A stretch of 64,000 nt of DNA from Eledone cirrhosa (Eukaryota): assembly GCA_964016885.1 (NCBI GenBank), contig OZ024745.1, positions 59,396,001 through 59,460,000 on the forward strand, in the 5' to 3' direction. Below the pieces are notes generated by a model that was not told where the DNA came from, ran no database searches, and saw only the letters and a list, made by a program, of their open reading frames with translations. Below are positions 41,701 to 54,770 of the stretch, one piece after another (the stretch's first letter is position 1; each line of letters starts with the position of its first letter). The translations under genes were made by a program, and so were the position numbers.

Positions 41701-43200
41701 GAGAACCTCGACTTGGAGTGAGAACCTCGACTTGGAGTGAAAACCTCGACTTGGAGTGAGAACCTCGACTTGGAGTGAGAACCTCGACTTGGAGTGAAAA
41801 CCGCGACTTGGAGTGAAAACCTCGACTTGGAGTGAAAACCTCGACTTGGAGTGAAAACCTCGACTTGGAGTGAAAACCTCGACTTGGAGTGAAAACCTCG
41901 ACTTGGAGTGAAAACCTCGACTTGGAGTGAGAACCTCGACTTTGAGTGAAAACCTCGCCTTGGAGTGAAAACCTCGACTTGGAGTGAAAACCTCGACTTG
42001 GAGTGAGAACCTCGACTTGGAGTGAAAACCTCGACTTGGAGTGAGAACCTCGACTTGGAGTGAAAACCTCGACTTGGAGTGAAAACCTCGACTTGGAGTG
42101 AAAACCTCGACTTGGAGTGAAAACCTCGACTTGGAGTGAGAACCTCGACTTGGAGTGAGAACCTCGACTTGGAGTGAAAACATCGCTTTGGAGTGAAAAC
42201 CTCGACTTGGAGTGAAAACCTCGACTTGGAGTGAGAACCTCGACTTGGAGTGAGAACCTCGACTTGGAGTGAAAACCTCGACTTGGAGTGAGAACCTCGA
42301 CTTGGAGTGAGAACCTCGACTTGGAGTGAAAACCTCGACATGGAGTGAAAACCTCGACTTGGAGTGAAAACCTCGACATGGAGTGAGAACCTCGACTTGG
42401 AGTGAGAACCTCGACATGGAGTGAAAACCGCGACTTGGAGTGAGAACCTCGACTTGGAGTGAAAACCTCGACTTGGAGTGAAAACCTCGACTTGGAGTGA
42501 GAACCTCGACTTGGAGTGAAAACCTCGACTTGGAGTGAGAACCTCGCCTTGGAGTGAAAACCTCGACTTTGAGTGAGAACCTCGATTGGAGTGAAAACCT
42601 CGACTTGGAGTGAAAACCTCGACTTGGAGTGAGAACCTCGACTTGGAGTCAAAACCTCGACTTGGAGTGAAAACCTCGACTTGGAGTGAAAACCCCGACT
42701 TGGAGTGAAAACCTCGACTTGGAGTGAGAACCTCGACTTGGAGTGAAAACCTCGACTTGGAGTGAGAACCTCGACTTGGAGTGAGAACCTCGACTTGGAG
42801 TGAAAACCTCGACTTGGAGTGAGAACCTCGACTTGGAGTGAAAACCTCGACTTGGAGTGAGAACCTCGACTTGGAGTGAAAACCTCGACTTTGAGTGAGA
42901 ACCTCGCCTTGGAGTGAGAACCTCGCCTTGGAGTGAAAACCTCGACTTGGAGTGAAAACCTCGACTTGGAATGAGAACCTCGACTTGGAGTGAAAACCTC
43001 GACTTGGAGTGAGAACCTCGACTTGGAGTGAAAACCTCGACTTGGAGTGAGAACCTCGACTTGGAGTGAAAACCTCGCTTTGGAGTGAAAACCTCGACTT
43101 GGAGTGAAAACCTCGCTTTGGAGTGAAAACCTCGACTTGGAGTGAAAACCTCGACTTGGAGTGAGAACCTCGACTTGGAGTGAAAACCTCGACTTGGAGT
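32700..43200 (+). repeat. Tandem duplication of a 5243-bp block (276 monomers, one of 18 bp)
   Basis: A constant 5243 offset links the markers (32781/38024, 37341/42584, 37872/43115) and the identical ORF translations (33861/39104, 34664/39907). Confidence 0.9.
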
Positions 43201-46200
43201 GAGAACCTCGACTTGGAGTGAGAACCTCGACTTGGAGTGAGAACCTCGACTTGGAGTGAAAACCTCGACTTGGAGTGAAAACCTCGACATGGAGTGAGAA
43301 CCTCGACTTGGAGTGAGAACCTCGACATGGAGTGAAAACCGCGACTTGGAGTGAGAACCTCGACTTGGAGTGAAAACCTCGACTTGGAGTGAGAACCTCG
43401 ACTTGGAGTGAGAACCTCGACTTGGAGTGAGAACCTCGACTTGGAGTGAGAACCTCGACTTGGAGTGAGAACCTCGACTTGGAGTGAGAACCTCGACTTG
43501 GAGTGAGAACCTCGACTTGGAGTGAAAACCTCGACTTGGAGTGAAAACCTCGACTTGGAGTGAGAACCTCGACTTGGAGTGACAACCTCGACTTGGAGTG
43601 AAAACCTCGACTTGGAGTGAGAACCTCGACTTGGAGTGAGAACCTCGACTTGGAGTGAGAACCTCGACTTGGAGTGAAAACCTCGACTTGTAGTGAGAAC
43701 CTCGACTTGGAGTGAAAACCTCGACTTGGAGTGAGAACCCCGACTTGGAATGAAAACCTCGACTTGGAGTGAGAACCCCGACTTGGAGTGAAAACCTCGA
43801 CTTGGAGTGAGAACCTCGACTTGGAGTGAAAACCTCGACTTGGAGTGAGAACCTCGACTTGGAGTGAAAACCTCGACTTGGAGTGAAAACCTCGACTTGG
43901 AGTGAGAACCTCGACTTGGAGTGAGAACCTCGACTTGGAGTCAAAACCTCGACTTGGAGTGAAAACCTCGACTTGGAGTGAAAACCCCGACTTGGAGTGA
44001 AAACCTCGACTTGGAGTGAGAACCTCGACTTGGAGTGAAAACCTCGACTTGGAGTGAGAACCTCGACTTGGAGTGAGAACCTCGACTTGGAGTGAAAACC
44101 TCGACTTGGAGTGAGAACCTCGACTTGGAGTGAAAACCTCGACTTTGAGTGAGAACCTCGCCTTGGAGTGAAAACCTCGACTTGGAGTGAAAACCTCGAC
44201 TTGGAATGAGAACCTCGACTTGGAGTGAAAACCTCGACTTGGAGTGAGAACCTCGACTTGGAGTGAAAACCTCGACTTGGAGTGAGAACCTCGACTTGGA
44301 GTGAAAACCTCGCTTTGGAGTGAAAACCTCGACTTGGAGTGAAAACCTCGCTTTGGAGTGAAAACCTCGACTTGGAGTGAAAACCTCGACTTGGAGTGAG
44401 AACCTCGACTTGGAGTGAAAACCTCGACTTGGAGTGAGAACCTCGACTTGGAGTGAGAACCTCGACTTGGAGTGAGAACCTCGACTTGGAGTGAAAACCT
44501 CGACTTGGAGTGAAAACCTCGACATGGAGTGAGAACCTCGACTTGGAGTGAGAACCTCGACATGGAGTGAAAACCGCGACTTGGAGTGAGAACCTCGACT
44601 TGGAGTGAAAACCGCGACTTGGAGTGAGAACCTCGACTTGGAGTGAAAACCTCGACTTGGAGTGAGAACCTCGACTTGGAGTGAGAACCTCGACTTGGAG
44701 TGAGAACCTCGACTTGGAGTGAGAACCTCGACTTGGAGTGAGAACCTCGACTTGGAGTGAGAACCTCGACTTGGAGTGAAAACCGCGACTTGGAGTGAAA
44801 ACCTCGACTTGGAGTGAAAACCTCGACTTGGAGTGAAAACCTCGACTTGGAGTGACAACCTCGACTTGGAGTGAAAACCTCGACTTGGAGTGAAAACCCC
44901 GACTTGGAGTGAAAACCTCGACTTGGAGTGAGAACCTCGACTTGGAGTGAAAACCTCGACTTGGAGTGAGAACCTCGACTTGGAGTGAGAACCTCGACTT
45001 GGAGTGAAAACCGCGACTTGGAGTGAGAACCTCGACTTGGAGTGAAAACCGCGACTTGGAGTGAGAACCTCGACTTGGAGTGAAAACCTCGACTTGGAGT
45101 GAGAACCTCGACTTGGAGTGAGAACCTCGACTTGGAGTGAGAACCTCGACTTGGAGTGAAAACCTCGACTTGGAGTGAGAACCTCGACTTGGAGTGAGAA
45201 CCTCGACTTGGAGTGAAAACCGCGACTTGGAGTGAAAACCTCGACTTGGAGTGAAAACCTCGACTTGGAGTGAAAACCTCGACTTGGAGTGAAAACCTCG
45301 ACTTGGAGTGAAAACCTCGACTTGGAGTGAGAACCTCGACTTGGAGTGAAAACCTCGACTTTGAGTGAAAACCTCGCCTTGGAGTGAAAACCTCGACTTG
45401 GAGTGAAAACCTCGACTTGGAGTGAGAACCTCGACTTGGAGTGAAAACCTCGACTTGGAGTGAGAACCTCGACTTGGAGTGAAAACCTCGACTTGGAGTG
45501 AAAACCTCGACTTGGAGTGAAAACCTCGACTTGGAGTGAAAACCTCGACTTGGAGTGAGAACCTCGACTTGGAGTGAAAACATCGCTTTGGAGTGAAAAC
45601 CTCGACTTGGAGTGAAAACCTCGACTTGGAGTGAGAACCTCGACTTGGAGTGAGAACCTCGACTTGGAGTGAAAACCTCGACTTGGAGTGAGAACCTCGA
45701 CTTGGAGTGAGAACCTCGACTTGGAGTGAAAACCTCGACATGGAGTGAAAACCTCGACTTGGAGTGAAAACCTCGACATGGAGTGAGAACCTCGACTTGG
45801 AGTGAGAACCTCGACATGGAGTGAAAACCGCGACTTGGAGTGAGAACCTCGACTTGGAGTGAAAACCTCGACTTGGAGTGAAAACCTCGACTTGGAGTGA
45901 GAACCTCGACTTGGAGTGAAAACCTCGACTTGGAGTGAGAACCTCGCCTTGGAGTGAAAACCTCGACTTTGAGTGAGAACCTCGATTGGAGTGAAAACCT
46001 CGACTTGGAGTGAAAACCTCGACTTGGAGTGAGAACCTCGACTTGGAGTCAAAACCTCGACTTGGAGTGAAAACCTCGACTTGGAGTGAAAACCCCGACT
46101 TGGAGTGAAAACCTCGACTTGGAGTGAGAACCTCGACTTGGAGTGAAAACCTCGACTTGGAGTGAGAACCTCGACTTGGAGTGAGAACCTCGACTTGGAG

Positions 46201-46269
46201 TGAAAACCTCGACTTGGAGTGAGAACCTCGACTTGGAGTGAAAACCTCGACTTGGAGTGAGAACCTCGA

Positions 46270-49200
46270 CTTGGAGTGAAAACCTCGACTTTGAGTGAGA
46301 ACCTCGCCTTGGAGTGAGAACCTCGCCTTGGAGTGAAAACCTCGACTTGGAGTGAAAACCTCGACTTGGAATGAGAACCTCGACTTGGAGTGAAAACCTC
46401 GACTTGGAGTGAGAACCTCGACTTGGAGTGAAAACCTCGACTTGGAGTGAGAACCTCGACTTGGAGTGAAAACCTCGCTTTGGAGTGAAAACCTCGACTT
46501 GGAGTGAAAACCTCGCTTTGGAGTGAAAACCTCGACTTGGAGTGAAAACCTCGACTTGGAGTGAGAACCTCGACTTGGAGTGAAAACCTCGACTTGGAGT
46601 GAGAACCTCGACTTGGAGTGAGAACCTCGACTTGGAGTGAGAACCTCGACTTGGAGTGAAAACCTCGACTTGGAGTGAAAACCTCGACATGGAGTGAGAA
46701 CCTCGACTTGGAGTGAGAACCTCGACATGGAGTGAAAACCGCGACTTGGAGTGAGAACCTCGACTTGGAGTGAAAACCTCGACTTGGAGTGAGAACCTCG
46801 ACTTGGAGTGAGAACCTCGACTTGGAGTGAGAACCTCGACTTGGAGTGAGAACCTCGACTTGGAGTGAGAACCTCGACTTGGAGTGAGAACCTCGACTTG
46901 GAGTGAGAACCTCGACTTGGAGTGAAAACCTCGACTTGGAGTGAAAACCTCGACTTGGAGTGAGAACCTCGACTTGGAGTGACAACCTCGACTTGGAGTG
47001 AAAACCTCGACTTGGAGTGAGAACCTCGACTTGGAGTGAGAACCTCGACTTGGAGTGAGAACCTCGACTTGGAGTGAGAACCTCGACTTGGAGTGAGAAC
47101 CTCGACTTGGAGTGAAAACCTCGACTTGGAGTGAAAACCTCGACTTGGAGTGAGAACCTCGACTTGGAGTGAGAACCTCGACTTGGAGTGAGAACCTCGA
47201 CTTGGGGTGAAAACCTCGACTTGGAGTGAAAACCTCGACTTGGAGTGAGAACCTCGACTTGGAGTGAGAACCTCGACTTGGAGTGAGAACCTCGACTTGG
47301 AGTGAGAACCTCGACTTGGAGTGAAAACCTCGACTTGGAGTGAAAACCTCGACTTGGAGTGAAAACCTCGACTTGGAGTGAAATCCTCGACTAGGAGTGA
47401 AAACCTCGACTTGGAGTGAGAACCTCGACTTGGAGTGAAAACCTCGATTTGGAGTGAAAACCTCGACTTGGAGTGAAAACCTCGACTTGGAGTGAGAACC
47501 TCGACTTGGAGTGAGAACCTCGACTTGGAGTGAAAACCTCGACATGGAGTGAAAACCTCGACTTGGAGTGAAAACCTCGACATGGAGTGAAAACCTCGAC
47601 ATGGAGTGAAAACCTCGACTTGGAGTGAGAACCTCGACTTGGAGTGAAAACCTCGACTTGGAGTGAAAACCTCAACTTGGAGTGAAAACCTCGACTTGGA
47701 GTGAAAACCTCGACTTGGAGTGAGAACCTCGACTTGGAGTGAAAACCTCGACTTGTAGTGAGAACCTCGACTTGGAGTGAAAACCTCGACTTGGAGTGAG
47801 AACCCCGACTTGGAATGAAAACCTCGACTTGGAGTGAGAACCCCGACTTGGAGTGAAAACCTCGACTTGGAGTGAGAACCTCGACTTGGAGTGAAAACCT
47901 CGACTTGGAGTGAGAACCTCGACTTGGAGTGAAAACCTCGACTTGGAGTGAAAACCTCGACTTGGAGTGAGAACCTCGACTTGGAGTGAGAACCTCGACT
48001 TGGAGTCAAAACCTCGACTTGGAGTGAAAACCTCGACTTGGAGTGAAAACCCCGACTTGGAGTGAAAACCTCGACTTGGAGTGAGAACCTCGACTTGGAG
48101 TGAAAACCTCGACTTGGAGTGAGAACCTCGACTTGGAGTGAGAACCTCGACTTGGAGTGAAAACCTCGACTTGGAGTGAGAACCTCGACTTGGAGTGAAA
48201 ACCTCGACTTTGAGTGAGAACCTCGCCTTGGAGTGAAAACCTCGACTTGGAGTGAAAACCTCGACTTGGAATGAGAACCTCGACTTGGAGTGAAAACCTC
48301 GACTTGGAGTGAGAACCTCGACTTGGAGTGAAAACCTCGACTTGGAGTGAGAACCTCGACTTGGAGTGAAAACCTCGCTTTGGAGTGAAAACCTCGACTT
48401 GGAGTGAAAACCTCGCTTTGGAGTGAAAACCTCGACTTGGAGTGAAAACCTCGACTTGGAGTGAGAACCTCGACTTGGAGTGAAAACCTCGACTTGGAGT
48501 GAGAACCTCGACTTGGAGTGAGAACCTCGACTTGGAGTGAGAACCTCGACTTGGAGTGAAAACCTCGACTTGGAGTGAAAACCTCGACATGGAGTGAGAA
48601 CCTCGACTTGGAGTGAGAACCTCGACATGGAGTGAAAACCGCGACTTGGAGTGAGAACCTCGACTTGGAGTGAAAACCGCGACTTGGAGTGAGAACCTCG
48701 ACTTGGAGTGAAAACCTCGACTTGGAGTGAGAACCTCGACTTGGAGTGAGAACCTCGACTTGGAGTGAGAACCTCGACTTGGAGTGAGAACCTCGACTTG
48801 GAGTGAGAACCTCGACTTGGAGTGAGAACCTCGACTTGGAGTGAAAACCGCGACTTGGAGTGAAAACCTCGACTTGGAGTGAAAACCTCGACTTGGAGTG
48901 AAAACCTCGACTTGGAGTGACAACCTCGACTTGGAGTGAAAACCTCGACTTGGAGTGAAAACCCCGACTTGGAGTGAAAACCTCGACTTGGAGTGAGAAC
49001 CTCGACTTGGAGTGAAAACCTCGACTTGGAGTGAGAACCTCGACTTGGAGTGAGAACCTCGACTTGGAGTGAAAACCGCGACTTGGAGTGAGAACCTCGA
49101 CTTGGAGTGAAAACCGCGACTTGGAGTGAGAACCTCGACTTGGAGTGAAAACCTCGACTTGGAGTGAGAACCTCGACTTGGAGTGAGAACCTCGACTTGG

Positions 49201-52200
49201 AGTGAGAACCTCGACTTGGAGTGAAAACCTCGACTTGGAGTGAGAACCTCGACTTGGAGTGAGAACCTCGACTTGGAGTGAAAACCGCGACTTGGAGTGA
49301 AAACCTCGACTTGGAGTGAAAACCTCGACTTGGAGTGAAAACCTCGACTTGGAGTGAAAACCTCGACTTGGAGTGAAAACCTCGACTTGGAGTGAGAACC
49401 TCGACTTGGAGTGAAAACCTCGACTTTGAGTGAAAACCTCGCCTTGGAGTGAAAACCTCGACTTGGAGTGAAAACCTCGACTTGGAGTGAGAACCTCGAC
49501 TTGGAGTGAAAACCTCGACTTGGAGTGAGAACCTCGACTTGGAGTGAAAACCTCGACTTGGAGTGAAAACCTCGACTTGGAGTGAAAACCTCGACTTGGA
49601 GTGAAAACCTCGACTTGGAGTGAGAACCTCGACTTGGAGTGAAAACATCGCTTTGGAGTGAAAACCTCGACTTGGAGTGAAAACCTCGACTTGGAGTGAG
49701 AACCTCGACTTGGAGTGAGAACCTCGACTTGGAGTGAAAACCTCGACTTGGAGTGAGAACCTCGACTTGGAGTGAGAACCTCGACTTGGAGTGAAAACCT
49801 CGACATGGAGTGAAAACCTCGACTTGGAGTGAAAACCTCGACATGGAGTGAGAACCTCGACTTGGAGTGAGAACCTCGACATGGAGTGAAAACCGCGACT
49901 TGGAGTGAGAACCTCGACTTGGAGTGAAAACCTCGACTTGGAGTGAAAACCTCGACTTGGAGTGAGAACCTCGACTTGGAGTGAAAACCTCGACTTGGAG
50001 TGAGAACCTCGCCTTGGAGTGAAAACCTCGACTTTGAGTGAGAACCTCGATTGGAGTGAAAACCTCGACTTGGAGTGAAAACCTCGACTTGGAGTGAGAA
50101 CCTCGACTTGGAGTCAAAACCTCGACTTGGAGTGAAAACCTCGACTTGGAGTGAAAACCCCGACTTGGAGTGAAAACCTCGACTTGGAGTGAGAACCTCG
50201 ACTTGGAGTGAAAACCTCGACTTGGAGTGAGAACCTCGACTTGGAGTGAGAACCTCGACTTGGAGTGAAAACCTCGACTTGGAGTGAGAACCTCGACTTG
50301 GAGTGAAAACCTCGACTTGGAGTGAGAACCTCGACTTGGAGTGAAAACCTCGACTTTGAGTGAGAACCTCGCCTTGGAGTGAGAACCTCGCCTTGGAGTG
50401 AAAACCTCGACTTGGAGTGAAAACCTCGACTTGGAATGAGAACCTCGACTTGGAGTGAAAACCTCGACTTGGAGTGAGAACCTCGACTTGGAGTGAAAAC
50501 CTCGACTTTGAGTGAGAACCTCGACTTGGAGTGAAAACCTCGACTTTGAGTGAGAACCTCGCCTTGGAGTGAGAACCTCGCCTTGGAGTGAAAACCTCGA
50601 CTTGGAGTGAAAACCTCGACTTGGAATGAGAACCTCGACTTGGAGTGAAAACCTCGACTTGGAGTGAGAACCTCGACTTGGAGTGAAAACCTCGACTTGG
50701 AGTGAGAACCTCGACTTGGAGTGAAAACCTCGCTTTGGAGTGAAAACCTCGACTTGGAGTGAAAACCTCGCTTTGGAGTGAAAACCTCGACTTGGAGTGA
50801 AAACCTCGACTTGGAGTGAGAACCTCGACTTGGAGTGAAAACCTCGACTTGGAGTGAGAACCTCGACTTGGAGTGAGAACCTCGACTTGGAGTGAGAACC
50901 TCGACTTGGAGTGAAAACCTCGACTTGGAGTGAAAACCTCGACATGGAGTGAGAACCTCGACTTGGAGTGAGAACCTCGACATGGAGTGAAAACCGCGAC
51001 TTGGAGTGAGAACCTCGACTTGGAGTGAAAACCTCGACTTGGAGTGAGAACCTCGACTTGGAGTGAGAACCTCGACTTGGAGTGAGAACCTCGACTTGGA
51101 GTGAGAACCTCGACTTGGAGTGAGAACCTCGACTTGGAGTGAGAACCTCGACTTGGAGTGAGAACCTCGACTTGGAGTGAAAACCTCGACTTGGAGTGAA
51201 AACCTCGACTTGGAGTGAGAACCTCGACTTGGAGTGACAACCTCGACTTGGAGTGAAAACCTCGACTTGGAGTGAGAACCTCGACTTGGAGTGAGAACCT
51301 CGACTTGGAGTGAGAACCTCGACTTGGAGTGAGAACCTCGACTTGGAGTGAGAACCTCGACTTGGAGTGAAAACCTCGACTTGGAGTGAAAACCTCGACT
51401 TGGAGTGAGAACCTCGACTTGGAGTGAGAACCTCGACTTGGAGTGAGAACCTCGACTTGGGGTGAAAACCTCGACTTGGAGTGAAAACCTCGACTTGGAG
51501 TGAGAACCTCGACTTGGAGTGAGAACCTCGACTTGGAGTGAGAACCTCGACTTGGAGTGAGAACCTCGACTTGGAGTGAAAACCTCGACTTGGAGTGAAA
51601 ACCTCGACTTGGAGTGAAAACCTCGACTTGGAGTGAAATCCTCGACTAGGAGTGAAAACCTCGACTTGGAGTGAGAACCTCGACTTGGAGTGAAAACCTC
51701 GATTTGGAGTGAAAACCTCGACTTGGAGTGAAAACCTCGACTTGGAGTGAGAACCTCGACTTGGAGTGAGAACCTCGACTTGGAGTGAAAACCTCGACAT
51801 GGAGTGAAAACCTCGACTTGGAGTGAAAACCTCGACATGGAGTGAAAACCTCGACATGGAGTGAAAACCTCGACTTGGAGTGAGAACCTCGACTTGGAGT
51901 GAAAACCTCGACTTGGAGTGAAAACCTCAACTTGGAGTGAAAACCTCGACTTGGAGTGAAAACCTCGACTTGGAGTGAGAACCTCGACTTGGAGTGAAAA
52001 CCTCGACTTGTAGTGAGAACCTCGACTTGGAGTGAAAACCTCGACTTGGAGTGAGAACCCCGACTTGGAATGAAAACCTCGACTTGGAGTGAGAACCCCG
52101 ACTTGGAGTGAAAACCTCGACTTGGAGTGAGAACCTCGACTTGGAGTGAAAACCTCGACTTGGAGTGAGAACCTCGACTTGGAGTGAAAACCTCGACTTG

Positions 52201-54770
52201 GAGTGAAAACCTCGACTTGGAGTGAGAACCTCGACTTGGAGTGAGAACCTCGACTTGGAGTCAAAACCTCGACTTGGAGTGAAAACCTCGACTTGGAGTG
52301 AAAACCCCGACTTGGAGTGAAAACCTCGACTTGGAGTGAGAACCTCGACTTGGAGTGAAAACCTCGACTTGGAGTGAGAACCTCGACTTGGAGTGAGAAC
52401 CTCGACTTGGAGTGAAAACCTCGACTTGGAGTGAGAACCTCGACTTGGAGTGAAAACCTCGACTTTGAGTGAGAACCTCGCCTTGGAGTGAAAACCTCGA
52501 CTTGGAGTGAAAACCTCGACTTGGAATGAGAACCTCGACTTGGAGTGAAAACCTCGACTTGGAGTGAGAACCTCGACTTGGAGTGAAAACCTCGACTTGG
52601 AGTGAGAACCTCGACTTGGAGTGAAAACCTCGCTTTGGAGTGAAAACCTCGACTTGGAGTGAAAACCTCGCTTTGGAGTGAAAACCTCGACTTGGAGTGA
52701 AAACCTCGACTTGGAGTGAGAACCTCGACTTGGAGTGAAAACCTCGACTTGGAGTGAGAACCTCGACTTGGAGTGAGAACCTCGACTTGGAGTGAGAACC
52801 TCGACTTGGAGTGAAAACCTCGACTTGGAGTGAAAACCTCGACATGGAGTGAGAACCTCGACTTGGAGTGAGAACCTCGACATGGAGTGAAAACCGCGAC
52901 TTGGAGTGAGAACCTCGACTTGGAGTGAAAACCGCGACTTGGAGTGAGAACCTCGACTTGGAGTGAAAACCTCGACTTGGAGTGAGAACCTCGACTTGGA
53001 GTGAGAACCTCGACTTGGAGTGAGAACCTCGACTTGGAGTGAGAACCTCGACTTGGAGTGAGAACCTCGACTTGGAGTGAGAACCTCGACTTGGAGTGAA
53101 AACCGCGACTTGGAGTGAAAACCTCGACTTGGAGTGAAAACCTCGACTTGGAGTGAAAACCTCGACTTGGAGTGACAACCTCGACTTGGAGTGAAAACCT
53201 CGACTTGGAGTGAAAACCCCGACTTGGAGTGAAAACCTCGACTTGGAGTGAGAACCTCGACTTGGAGTGAAAACCTCGACTTGGAGTGAGAACCTCGACT
53301 TGGAGTGAGAACCTCGACTTGGAGTGAAAACCGCGACTTGGAGTGAGAACCTCGACTTGGAGTGAAAACCGCGACTTGGAGTGAGAACCTCGACTTGGAG
53401 TGAAAACCTCGACTTGGAGTGAGAACCTCGACTTGGAGTGAGAACCTCGACTTGGAGTGAGAACCTCGACTTGGAGTGAAAACCTCGACTTGGAGTGAGA
53501 ACCTCGACTTGGAGTGAGAACCTCGACTTGGAGTGAAAACCGCGACTTGGAGTGAAAACCTCGACTTGGAGTGAAAACCTCGACTTGGAGTGAAAACCTC
53601 GACTTGGAGTGAAAACCTCGACTTGGAGTGAAAACCTCGACTTGGAGTGAGAACCTCGACTTGGAGTGAAAACCTCGACTTTGAGTGAAAACCTCGCCTT
53701 GGAGTGAAAACCTCGACTTGGAGTGAAAACCTCGACTTGGAGTGAGAACCTCGACTTGGAGTGAAAACCTCGACTTGGAGTGAGAACCTCGACTTGGAGT
53801 GAAAACCTCGACTTGGAGTGAAAACCTCGACTTGGAGTGAAAACCTCGACTTGGAGTGAAAACCTCGACTTGGAGTGAGAACCTCGACTTGGAGTGAAAA
53901 CATCGCTTTGGAGTGAAAACCTCGACTTGGAGTGAAAACCTCGACTTGGAGTGAGAACCTCGACTTGGAGTGAGAACCTCGACTTGGAGTGAAAACCTCG
54001 ACTTGGAGTGAGAACCTCGACTTGGAGTGAGAACCTCGACTTGGAGTGAAAACCTCGACATGGAGTGAAAACCTCGACTTGGAGTGAAAACCTCGACATG
54101 GAGTGAGAACCTCGACTTGGAGTGAGAACCTCGACATGGAGTGAAAACCGCGACTTGGAGTGAGAACCTCGACTTGGAGTGAAAACCTCGACTTGGAGTG
54201 AAAACCTCGACTTGGAGTGAGAACCTCGACTTGGAGTGAAAACCTCGACTTGGAGTGAGAACCTCGCCTTGGAGTGAAAACCTCGACTTTGAGTGAGAAC
54301 CTCGATTGGAGTGAAAACCTCGACTTGGAGTGAAAACCTCGACTTGGAGTGAGAACCTCGACTTGGAGTCAAAACCTCGACTTGGAGTGAAAACCTCGAC
54401 TTGGAGTGAAAACCCCGACTTGGAGTGAAAACCTCGACTTGGAGTGAGAACCTCGACTTGGAGTGAAAACCTCGACTTGGAGTGAGAACCTCGACTTGGA
54501 GTGAGAACCTCGACTTGGAGTGAAAACCTCGACTTGGAGTGAGAACCTCGACTTGGAGTGAAAACCTCGACTTGGAGTGAGAACCTCGACTTGGAGTGAA
54601 AACCTCGACTTTGAGTGAGAACCTCGCCTTGGAGTGAGAACCTCGCCTTGGAGTGAAAACCTCGACTTGGAGTGAAAACCTCGACTTGGAATGAGAACCT
54701 CGACTTGGAGTGAAAACCTCGACTTGGAGTGAGAACCTCGACTTGGAGTGAAAACCTCGACTTGGAGTGA
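46270..54770 (+). repeat. Tandem duplication of a 4255-bp block (224 monomers, one of 18 bp)
   Basis: Constant 4255 offset: CCTCAAC 47674/51929, GACTTTGAG 46289/50544 and 50354/54609, identical ORFs 47672/51927 and 47391/51646. Confidence 0.9.
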
